A DNA stretch of 10,259 bases from Giardia intestinalis. Its lineage: Eukaryota. The position numbers and the translations under genes were made by a program. Location of the stretch: NCBI GenBank assembly GCA_000002435.2, contig AACB03000031.1. One strand, 5' to 3'. Shown here piece by piece: positions 1 to 8,276 of the stretch (the stretch's first letter is position 1; each line of letters starts with the position of its first letter). The notes beneath the pieces are model-generated. The model did not search any database. It had not been told where the DNA came from and saw nothing but the letters and a program-made list of their open reading frames with translations.

Positions 1-670
1 AGACATTTCGGAGGCAACCAGCTACCAGGCGGTTCGATGAGTCTTTCGCCCCCATGCCCGGCTCCGACGAGCGATCTGCGCGTCAGCACCGCGGCGGGCC
101 TCCACCAGGCTTTCGCCCGGCCTCGCCCTCGCCGGGCATAGATCACCGCCTTTCGGGCCCACGCGCCGCGGCTCGGCCCGCGCACGCCCGCAGGGGGCGG
201 CGGGCCCGGGGCGTCTCGCGCTCGCTCCGCCGCGGGGGCTCCCTCGGGCTCGCCGCGGCGCGTGGCTCCTCGGTCCGTGTTTCGAGACGGGGCCGGCGGG
301 CCGGCGGCCGGCCGGGTTCAGGTCTTTTGAGCGGCCGCAGGGCGTCCTTTTCACCGTTCGCTCGCGCTACTTGGTCCGCTATCGGTCCCGGGGCGTATTT
401 AGCCTTGGAAGGGCCGCGCCTCCCTTCGCGCTGCACGCTCAAGCAGCGCTACTCGCCGCGCAGGCCCGGCGGCCGCCGTACGGGGCTTGCACCCTCTCGG
501 GCGGGGCCCTCGGGCCCCCTCGCGGCGGGCCTGCGCCTGCGCCCCACAGCGCGCCTTCGGGGCGGGCTCCTCCCGCGTCGCTCGCCGCTACGGGGAATCC
601 CGGTTGGTTTCTCCTCCGGGGCGTACTGATATGCTTAAGTTCCGCCCGTCGCCCCCGCCGCCTCGGGCCG
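1..670 (-). rRNA. Large-subunit (28S/23S-like) rRNA, 5'-proximal ~670 nt only. The gene runs off the window start. Its 5' end is near 665-675.
   Basis: The reverse complement of 621-650 reads GACGGGCGGAACTTAAGCATATCAGTACGC, matching the universal LSU 5' motif (CCCGCTGAAyTTAAGCATATCA), which lies about 25-45 nt from the LSU 5' end. Region 1-670 duplicates 5564-6234. Confidence 0.8.
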
Positions 671-728
671 CGCAGCCCGGCGGGACCGCCCCGGGGCGCT
701 CTCTGCGGCGCGGCGCGCGGCACGCGGC
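671..728 (-). other. ITS2 (about 58 nt). Boundaries inferred.
   Basis: Interval between the inferred 5.8S 3' end and the LSU 5' end. Very GC-rich with no conserved motif. Confidence 0.4.
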
Positions 729-868
729 GGGCGCCGAGGCGGCGGCGCCGGGGCGCGCTGCGTTCGAGGGTCGGTGCTTCTCGGGGCGGGCGGGTCCGCA
801 CCGCGTCTCGCGCTCCGCCGCGCTCTTCGTCGCCGCCCGGGCCGAGGCATCCGCCGGCGGGGCGTTCG
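729..868 (-). rRNA. 5.8S rRNA (about 140 nt, boundaries +/-10).
   Basis: Reverse complement of 817-859 reads GCCGGCGGATGCCTCGGCCCGGGCGGCGACGAAGAGCGCGGCG, aligning to the conserved 5.8S 5' half (GCGGTGGATCACTCGGCTCGTGCGTCGATGAAGAACGCAGC). Reverse complement of 755-769 reads CCTCGAACGCAGCGC, aligning to 5.8S CTTCGAACGCACTTGCG, with the expected ~60 nt between the two motifs. Confidence 0.6.
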
Positions 869-905
869 GGGGCCGACCGGGCCGCGGGGGCGACGCGCGG
901 GGCGC
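869..905 (-). other. ITS1 (about 35-40 nt).
   Basis: Interval between the SSU 3' end (GGATGGATC, reverse complement at about 910-920) and the inferred 5.8S 5' end. Confidence 0.4.
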
Positions 906-2358
906 GCGAGGGATCCATCCGCAGGTTCACCTACGGATACCTTGTTACGACTTCTCCTTCCTCCAGGCGCGGGGGCTCGCGGCCCTTCGCGCGTCCGGGG
1001 CGCTCGCCGCCGCGCCCAGTCGGTAGGAGCGACGGGCGGTGTGTACAAGGGGCAGGGACGCGTCCGGCGCGCGGTGGGGGCGGGCGCCTACAAGACATTC
1101 CTGGTGCGCGGGGGCGTTCCAGCCCGCGGTCCCGGCCACGGCGGGGGCTCCGCGCGTCCTCGCGGGCGCCGGCTGGCCCCGCCAGTGTAGCGCGCGTGCG
1201 GCCCAGGGCGTCTGAGGGCATCACAGACCTGCTATCGCCCCGCCGTCCTCCCGCTCGCGCGGGCCGTCCCGCGGCGCCCGCGGCCGGGGTCTCGCTCGTT
1301 GTCGCAATGGAGCAGACGGCTCGCGCCACGGGCTGGGAGCGGCCATGCACCACCGCCCGCGCGATCGCGAAAGCGCGCCCGGCTGTCGGTCCTCCGCGCG
1401 TCCGGGCCTGGTGAGGTGCGCGCGTTGAGTCAGATTGAGCCGCAGACTCCACGTCTGGTGGTACCCCTCCGTCAATGCCTTCAAGTTTCAGCCTTGCGGC
1501 CATACTCCCCCAGAGCCCGGAGCCTCCCGGTTTCCCTGGGCGGCCGGCGGGACGCGCGCGCCGGCCGCGGGGCGGCACCGTTTACGGCCGGGAATACGGT
1601 GGTGTCTGATCGCCTTCTAGCCCCCGGCCTTCGCCCTTGATTGACAGAGGCGGTCTTGGCAGGCGCCTGCGCGGCCGGCGGTCTCGGCGGGATCATCCTG
1701 TTTCACCCGTCCCCGGCCGGTACCGGTGCCCCCGCCCGCTCTCCTCGGGGCTGCCGCGGCGCGCCGCGCCCGCTGCGCGGTCCCACGCGGCGGGTCCAAC
1801 GGGCCTGCCTGGAGCGCTCCCGTTTCCTCGTGGCGGCGGGGGGCCAACTACGGGCGTTTCAACTGCAGCAGCGCCGCGCGACGCTCGCCGAGCTGGAATT
1901 ACCGCGGCTGCTGGCACCAGACCTTGCCCTCGGCTCCGCGGCGGGGGCTGTGGGCCCGCCTCGCTCGCGCGCTCCCCGTCGCTGCCTCGCGCGCCGCGCA
2001 TTGGGCAAGTTCCGCGCCTGCTGCCGTCCTTGGATGTGCGGGCCGTCTCGCAGGCCCGCTCTCCGGAGTCGAACCCTGATTCTCCGCCAGGCGTCGGGCC
2101 CTCGGCGCGCCGCGACCGCGCCGACCGGGTGATGCCCCGGAAGCCCGGGCGGGCCGTCGCTGCGTCACGCTGCTCGCCCGCGGGCGCCCGCCCTTGCGCG
2201 CACGTCTTGGCGCCGGGTTGCCAGCGGTGTCCGGCTAGCAGGGACCGCCGCGGGGGGTGCAACCGTTGTCCTGAGCCGTCCGCCGCGTCCCGGGTGAGCG
2301 GGCATGCATGGCTTCGTCCTTGGGGAGAGCGTCGCGCTCCGGCAGGATCGACCGGATG
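906..2358 (-). rRNA. Small-subunit (18S/16S-like) rRNA, complete, about 1453 nt, with minimal expansion segments.
   Basis: All motifs are read as reverse complement of the plus strand. SSU 5' end: 2341-2358 gives CATCCGGTCGATCCTGCC, followed by GGAG. 530 loop: 1890-1917 gives GTGCCAGCAGCCGCGGTAATTCCAGCTC. 1469-1493 gives GGCTGAAACTTGAAGGCATTGACGG. 1400 region: 1026-1060 gives CGTCCCTGCCCCTTGTACACACCGCCCGTCGCTCC. 3' end: 912-951 gives GTCGTAACAAGGTATCCGTAGGTGAACCTGCGGATGGATC. The 3' boundary is good to +/-5 nt. Confidence 0.92.
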
Positions 2359-2439
2359 GCCGGGCGCGGGCGCCGCGGGCCGGGCGCCTCCCTGCGCGGG
2401 GGCCGCCGCCTGGCACGGGGGCCGCCCCCTCCGTGCCCA

Positions 2440-2716
2440 TGCCGTGTCGGGGGTCCCCCCTATAGTGCCGGGCGGAGGCCGCCCCCCACAGCCCGGCCCG
2501 GGTCCGCCTGCACCACACTTTTTTGGATTCCCTTGGGGCCCTCTGCCCCCCTCCAAAAAACCGGCCCTCGCGAGATAAAGCACCTTGTCCTATATAGTGC
2601 GTGACGGAGGCCGGCCCCCACACACCCCCTGGAGTCCCCCTGCACCACATTTTTTTGAAATCCCTTGGGGGCGTCCGGGGGGCCGGGGGGCCGGTCCGCG
2701 GGGAGCGCCGGGGAGC
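2440..2716 (-). promoter_or_regulatory. Candidate RNA polymerase I promoter or upstream control region for the downstream SSU-5.8S-LSU transcription unit. Hypothesis only.
   Basis: Position: 100-340 bp upstream of the mature SSU 5' end on the transcribed (minus) strand. It holds the only AT-rich boxes of the proximal spacer. Minus-strand sequences are GGCACTATAGGGG, GGGAATCCAAAAAAGTGTGG, CGCACTATATAGG and GGGATTTCAAAAAAATGTGG. The duplicated architecture is typical of rDNA promoter/enhancer repeats. No transcription-start data are available from the sequence. Confidence 0.25.
2456..2690. repeat. Imperfect tandem duplication, two units of about 95-135 bp (2456-2588 and 2589-about 2690), roughly 80% identical.
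   Basis: Unit 1 (from 2458): cctata--gtgccgggcggaggccgccccccacagcccggcccgggtccgcctgcaccacacttttttggattcccttggggcc. Unit 2 (from 2589): cctatatagtgcgtgacggaggccggcccccacacaccccctggagtccccctgcaccacatttttttgaaatcccttgggggcg. Both carry TATAG/TATATAG and T6-7 boxes, which are rare in this 80% GC DNA. Confidence 0.75.
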
Positions 2717-3540
2717 CCGGGCGGACCCTGCAGGACTGCATATCACGGCAAACCCTCCTGTGCGGACCGCGTGTCCCGGGCTCCCTGCCGGTCGGGAGAT
2801 CCGCGCCCCTCGTTCTCCGTCCACCGTGCCCCGGGGAGGCCCTTGACTGCAAAACGATCGAATTGGAGGCTGACTGTGCATCCGGGCGCTCTGGGGGCCC
2901 TCTCCGGGGAGACCGCCCGAAACGGCTTCTCGCGGGGATCTCAGCAGCCGTGGCTATATACGGTCCGTCTCTAACCTATATGATTGCTGGCAGCGGGAGG
3001 GCACTGCGTGGGGGGCGGCCCCCCGGAAGGGCGCGGTCCGAGGAGGGGCCCCCGACCGGCCCTGGACCGACTGGGGCAGCCCCGGGTGCTGTGCGTGCGC
3101 CTGGCTGCAGCGGGGCCACGGGGGCGCAGGAGGCCGCAGGAGAGACCGGAGTGTTTACTGGCCCGGGGGATCGGCTGCTCTGGGCCGTCCGGGGGTCCTT
3201 CCGCGCTCTCCCCGCGGTCCCCCGGTCTCCTGCACCGGGCCTCCCCAGCGCCCGTCCCCGCACGTGGGCGTGTCTCCCGGTCGTGCGTGGCCTGCTGGAG
3301 GCGCTGGGCCTCCCTGCCGCCCTCTCTGTCTGGATCCCCCGGGCCGCCTCCCCCGGGCCCCCTGCGGTCCTGCGCCGCCCCCCTGCGCACACGGGCGTCT
3401 CTCTGTGCAAGGCAGACCCGGTGGTGGGCGTGCACTGCCCCCTGGCCACCCCTTGGGGCACCCTGCACTCCCTCAATCTTCTCTTTCCGCGCTCTGCCTG
3501 TCTGTCTGCCCCGCACCCCCCAGAGCAAGTGGGCCGCGCG

Positions 3541-3825
3541 CCCCGCCCCGCGCTCTGCAGGCGCGTCCCTCAGGCGATCGCAGGGCTCTGCGCCGTACAG
3601 GAGCGCCGCGCCGGGTGGTCTCCCCGGGCGGGGGCCGCTCGGCGACGGGGCACGGGGCTGGGGCGCGCGGCCGGGCGGGGCGCGAGGCGGGGTGCGCGCT
3701 TAGAGGCGGTCAGCGCAGGGCCCCCGGGCGCGGCGGCGCGGCGCTGCCCGGCCGGGCAACCGCGGGGCTGGCGGCCCGCGGCGGGCGTTCCTCTCGTACT
3801 GGCCCGCCGTGCTCTGGCCCCGGGG

Positions 3826-3878
<53 letters not shown>

Positions 3879-3928
3879 CCTTGAACGGGTGAACAATCCG
3901 ACGCTTCCGCGCCGGTGCGCGCGGACGG

Positions 3929-3961
<33 letters not shown>

Positions 3962-3979
3962 GCGTCGCTGCGGGCGCTC

Positions 3980-4018
<39 letters not shown>

Positions 4019-4460
4019 CCACCTCCGCGCCCGCGGCCGGGGCGGCGAAGGATCGGTAGGCCCCGCTTTCGCGGCCCGCGCCGGCACGGGGGGCGCGGGT
4101 CGGGCGGGCTTGTGCCCTTCTGCTCCGCGGGAGGTCTCCGTCCTCGCTGAGCCCGCCGTGGGACGCCTGCGGTCCGGTGTAGCAGGCGCGCCGCCCCAGC
4201 CGAACTCCCCGCCCGGGCGGGTCCCCGCGCGACCGGGTGAGCGGGGCGGCGGCGGCCGTCAGGGTGTCTCAGGGGCGCGGCCTCCCCTGTGCGCTGCGCC
4301 GGCCGCCCCGCCCCACAGGCCCGGGCTGGAGTCAAGCTCAAAAGGGTCTTCTTGCCCCGCTGGCCGGCCCTCGCCCGTTCCCGAGGCTGGAGGCTCGCGG
4401 AGGCGCGGCTCGGGACAGTGGGATCCTCGTTGGTCCATTCATGCACGTCGGAAATTGCCC

Positions 4461-4512
<52 letters not shown>

Positions 4513-6234
4513 AGGGCTTCGGCGGATCGCTTCACGGTGACGGTCGTGGCACTGGGCAGAAATCACGTCGCGCCAGCGCCGGGTGCGGCCCTCGCGACGC
4601 TGTGTTTCTAGTAAACAGTCGGGATCCCCGCGTCCGTTCCAGTTCTGACCCGGCGCGCCGTCAGAGCCACTCCTTTTCCCGAGGTTACGGAGCCGGCTTG
4701 CCGACTTCCCTGAGCCGCGTTCGCTCCCGCGCTAGAGGCTGCTGACCCCGGAGTCCTGCTGCGGTCGGTACGGCGCGCGGCCGGCGCCCCCCGGCTTTTC
4801 AGGGGCGGCCGGGGACGCGCGGGGTCCGCCCCCGGGCCCCCCTCTCCGCGCAAGGCGTCCGGGGGCTGCGGGGCGTTCGCGGGCCGGGGCGCCGCCCGCC
4901 GCGGTCCCCGTGCGCGTCGCCGGGGGGCGGGCGTCTCCGCGGGGGCCGCGCCTGCCGGAGTCTCCGCCGGCTCCCCGTTCGACGGGCGGGCACGCCCCTT
5001 CCCGGTCTTCACCCGCCGCTTAGGCCCGAGTCACCCGCGGCCAGATGCAGGCGCCGCGGAACCCGTCTCCCCCTCAGTCCTCCGGGGCGCGGAGTAGCGG
5101 CTACTGCTGCCGAGATCTGCACCAGAGGCCGGTCCGGCGGGGCCTGCGCGCCGCCTTCGCCCCCGGGGCCTCTGCGGCCTCCTACCCGCCGCGCGCGGCG
5201 GCCGGGCGCGGGTCCGGGGCTCCGGCGCGCTCCATTTTCCGGGCCGGCCGATTCGGCTGGTGGGTTGTTACACACTCCCTGGAGGATGCCGACTTCTGGG
5301 GCCACCTTCCAGCTGTCGGGACCGGCCGACGCCGTTCCGCGGGCCCCGGCGGCGCACCCTGGCCCGGCGTCCGGATCGTCCCGCCTCGCCCGTCCTGCTT
5401 ACCAGGAGGGGCCCACGCGCCGCCCGCATTCGCCCGCCCCGCCCAGGCCAGCGGCGGGGCGGCGCGGCCCTTCGGAGTTTGGGGGGCGGGCGAGGGGCAG
5501 GCCCCCCGCTCCCGCCGGCCAGCGCTCTACGGGCCGCAACTGCGGGGCGGCGGCTGTCCTGGGAGACATTTCGGAGGCAACCAGCTACCAGGCGGTTCGA
5601 TGAGTCTTTCGCCCCCATGCCCGGCTCCGACGAGCGATCTGCGCGTCAGCACCGCGGCGGGCCTCCACCAGGCTTTCGCCCGGCCTCGCCCTCGCCGGGC
5701 ATAGATCACCGCCTTTCGGGCCCACGCGCCGCGGCTCGGCCCGCGCACGCCCGCAGGGGCATGGCGGGCCCGGGGCGTCTCGCGCTCGCTCCGCCGCGGG
5801 GGCTCCCTCGGGCTCGCCGCGGCGCGTGGCTCCTCGGTCCGTGTTTCGAGACGGGGCCGGCGGGCCGGCGGCCGGCCGGGTTCAGGTCTTTTGAGCGGCC
5901 GCAGGGCGTCCTTTTCACCGTTCGCTCGCGCTACTTGGTCCGCTATCGGTCCCGGGGCGTATTTAGCCTTGGAAGGGCCGCGCCTCCCTTCGCGCTGCAC
6001 GCTCAAGCAGCGCTACTCGCCGCGCAGGCCCGGCGGCCGCCGTACGGGGCTTGCACCCTCTCGGGCGGGGCCCTCGGGCCCCCTCGCGGCGGGCCTGCGC
6101 CTGCGCCCCACAGCGCGCCTTCGGGGCGGGCTCCTCCCGCGTCGCTCGCCGCTACGGGGAATCCCGGTTGGTTTCTCCTCCGGGGCGTACTGATATGCTT
6201 AAGTTCCGCCCGTCGCCCCCGCCGCCTCGGGCCG
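3541..6234 (-). rRNA. Large-subunit rRNA, complete, about 2.7 kb. The 5' end at about 6234 is good to +/-10. The 3' end near 3540 is good only to +/-100.
   Basis: All motifs are read as reverse complement of the plus strand. Sarcin-ricin loop: 3787-3800 gives AGTACGAGAGGAAC. 3832-3899 gives GGATTGTTCACCCGTTCAAGGGATCGTGAGCTGGGTTTAGACCGTCGTGAGACAGGTTAGTTTTACCC. About 3701-3715 gives CTGACCGCCTCTAAG. 3990-4000 gives AGGGATAACTGGCTTGTGGC. 4463-4503 gives CGGGAGTAACTATGACTCTCTTAAGGTAGCCAAATGCCTCG. About 4328-4350 gives AAGACCCTTTTGAGCTTGACTCC. LSU 5' motif: 6197-6214 gives GGAACTTAAGCATATCAG. Confidence 0.82.
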
Positions 6235-6292
6235 CGCAGCCCGGCGGGACCGCCCCGGGGCGCTCTCTGCGGCGCGGCGCGCGGCACGCGGC
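6235..6292 (-). other. ITS2, second unit.
   Basis: Copy of 671-728 at offset +5564. Confidence 0.4.
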
Positions 6293-6432
6293 GGGCGCCG
6301 AGGCGGCGGCGCCGGGGCGCGCTGCGTTCGAGGGTCGGTGCTTCTCGGGGCGGGCGGGTCCGCACCGCGTCTCGCGCTCCGCCGCGCTCTTCGTCGCCGC
6401 CCGGGCCGAGGCATCCGCCGGCGGGGCGTTCG
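6293..6432 (-). rRNA. 5.8S rRNA, second unit (boundaries +/-10).
   Basis: Copy of 729-868 at offset +5564, with the same 5.8S motif alignments. Confidence 0.6.
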
Positions 6433-6469
6433 GGGGCCGACCGGGCCGCGGGGGCGACGCGCGGGGCGC
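6433..6469 (-). other. ITS1, second unit.
   Basis: Copy of 869-905. Confidence 0.4.
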
Positions 6470-7923
6470 GCGAGGGATCCATCCGCAGGTTCACCTACGG
6501 ATACCTTGTTACGACTTCTCCTTCCTCCAGGCGCGGGGGCTCGCGGCCCTTCGCGCGTCCGGGGCGCTCGCCGCCGCGCCCAGTCGGTAGGAGCGACGGG
6601 CGGTGTGTACAAGGGGCAGGGACGCGTCCGGCGCGCGGTGGGGGCGGGCGCCTACAAGACATTCCTGGTGCGCGGGGGCGTTCCAGCCCGCGGTCCCGGC
6701 CACGGCGGGGGCTCCGCGCGTCCTCGCGGGCGCCGGCTGGCCCCGCCAGTGTAGCGCGCGTGCGGCCCAGGGCGTCTGAGGGCATCACAGACCTGCTATC
6801 GCCCCGCCGTCCTCCCGCTCGCGCGGGCCGTCCCGCGGCGCCCGCGGCCGGGGTCTCGCTCGTTGTCGCAATGGAGCAGACGGCTCGCGCCACGGGCTGG
6901 GAGCGGCCATGCACCACCGCCCGCGCGATCGCGAAAGCGCGCCCGGCTGTCGGTCCTCCGCGCGTCCGGGCCTGGTGAGGTGCGCGCGTTGAGTCAGATT
7001 GAGCCGCAGACTCCACGTCTGGTGGTACCCCTCCGTCAATGCCTTCAAGTTTCAGCCTTGCGGCCATACTCCCCCCAGAGCCCGGAGCCTCCCGGTTTCC
7101 CTGGGCGGCCGGCGGGACGCGCGCGCCGGCCGCGGGGCGGCACCGTTTACGGCCGGGAATACGGTGGTGTCTGATCGCCTTCTAGCCCCCGGCCTTCGCC
7201 CTTGATTGACAGAGGCGGTCTTGGCAGGCGCCTGCGCGGCCGGCGGTCTCGGCGGGATCATCCTGTTTCACCCGTCCCCGGCCGGTACCGGTGCCCCCGC
7301 CCGCTCTCCTCGGGGCTGCCGCGGCGCGCCGCGCCCGCTGCGCGGTCCCACGCGGCGGGTCCAACGGGCCTGCCTGGAGCGCTCCCGTTTCCTCGTGGCG
7401 GCGGGGGGCCAACTACGGGCGTTTCAACTGCAGCAGCGCCGCGCGACGCTCGCCGAGCTGGAATTACCGCGGCTGCTGGCACCAGACCTTGCCCTCGGCT
7501 CCGCGGCGGGGGCTGTGGGCCCGCCTCGCTCGCGCGCTCCCCGTCGCTGCCTCGCGCGCCGCGCATTGGGCAAGTTCCGCGCCTGCTGCCGTCCTTGGAT
7601 GTGCGGGCCGTCTCGCAGGCCCGCTCTCCGGAGTCGAACCCTGATTCTCCGCCAGGCGTCGGGCCCTCGGCGCGCCGCGACCGCGCCGACCGGGTGATGC
7701 CCCGGAAGCCCGGGCGGGCCGTCGCTGCGTCACGCTGCTCGCCCGCGGGCGCCCGCCCTTGCGCGCACGTCTTGGCGCCGGGTTGCCAGCGGTGTCCGGC
7801 TAGCAGGGACCGCCGCGGGGGGTGCAACCGTTGTCCTGAGCCGTCCGCCGCGTCCCGGGTGAGCGGGCATGCATGGCTTCGTCCTTGGGGAGAGCGTCGC
7901 GCTCCGGCAGGATCGACCGGATG
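6470..7923 (-). rRNA. Small-subunit rRNA, second complete copy. It is 1 nt longer than the first because of a C-run difference at 7072-7077.
   Basis: 5' motif: reverse complement of 7906-7923 is CATCCGGTCGATCCTGCC. 3' motif: GGATCC at 6475-6480. The SSU motifs listed for 906-2358 recur at 7455-7482, 7031-7056, etc. Confidence 0.92.
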
Positions 7924-8004
7924 GCCGGGCGCGGGCGCCGCGGGCCGGGCGCCTCCCTGCGCGGGGGCCGCCGCCTGGCACGGGGGCCGCCCCCTCCGTG
8001 CCCA

Positions 8005-8276
8005 TGCCGTGTCGGGGGTCCCCCCTATAGTGCCGGGCGGAGGCCGCCCCCCACAGCCCGGCCCGGGTCCGCCTGCACCACACTTTTTTGGATTCCCTTG
8101 GGGCCCTCTGCCCCCCTCCAAAAACCGGCCCTCGCGAGATAAAGCACCTTGTCCTATATAGTGCGTGACGAGCCGGCCCCCACACACCCCCTGGAGTCCC
8201 CCTGCACCACATTTTTTTGAAATCCCTTGGGGGCGTCCGGGGGGCCGGGGGCCGGTCCGCGGGGAGCGCCGGGGAG
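8005..8276 (-). promoter_or_regulatory. Candidate Pol I promoter or upstream region, second copy. Hypothesis only.
   Basis: Same reasoning as for 2440-2716. Confidence 0.25.
8021..8250. repeat. Second copy of the ~130-bp spacer tandem duplication.
   Basis: 8021-8152 and 8153-about 8250 correspond to 2456-2588 and 2589-about 2690. It shows A5 where copy 1 has A6 (8120-8124 versus 2555-2560) and GACGAGCCGG where copy 1 has GACGGAGGCCGG (8168-8177 versus 2603-2614). Confidence 0.75.

Larger units (their letters stand above)
2359..3540 (-). other. Intergenic spacer, about 1.1-1.2 kb. It holds the 3' ETS/terminator region, non-transcribed spacer, promoter and a short 5' ETS. The LSU-side boundary is uncertain by about +/-100.
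   Basis: Region between the LSU 3' conserved core (CTCTAAG motif, reverse complement at about 3701-3710, which sits about 170-280 nt before the LSU 3' end in other organisms) and the SSU 5' end at 2358. I recognise no rRNA motifs inside it. Confidence 0.55.

Noticed and set aside
2449-2470. Minus-strand CACTATAGGGGGG, which resembles the T7 promoter core (TCACTATAGGG).
   Set aside because: A match of about 10 nt is a coincidence. The T7 promoter needs the upstream TAATACGAC part, which is absent. I instead interpret the TATAG box as part of the candidate Pol I element above.
2900-2925. ggggagaccgcccgaaac, which resembles the 5S rRNA helix IV motif GGGAGACCGCCTGGGAATAC. This raised the idea of a 5S gene embedded in the spacer, as occurs in some eukaryotes.
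   Set aside because: Only an ~11-nt match. Spacing to other 5S landmarks (GATC...AAGTTAAGC, the 5'/3' terminal stem, a downstream T-run terminator) does not fit on either strand. Most likely chance in GC-rich sequence. An Rfam 5S_rRNA scan would settle it.
3813-3828. Perfect 16-bp palindrome ctggccccggggccag.
   Set aside because: It lies inside the LSU, directly adjacent to the sarcin-ricin loop. It corresponds to a GC-stabilised rRNA hairpin stem, not to a mobile-element terminal inverted repeat or a protein-binding site.
3828-3840. GTAGGGTAAAAC, examined as a possible telomeric TAGGG-repeat junction. Giardia rDNA arrays are known to abut telomeres.
   Set aside because: It is a single TAGGG inside the conserved LSU sequence (TTTTACCCTACTG on the rRNA). 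It is not a repeat tract. No (TAGGG)n array exists anywhere in the window.
3541-6234. Possibility of a protein gene antisense to the LSU, like yeast TAR1 encoded opposite 25S rRNA.
   Set aside because: TAR1 is fungal-specific as far as I know. The plus-strand ORFs here have no recognisable similarity to it, and their length is explained by GC content. This could only be settled by ribosome profiling or proteomics.
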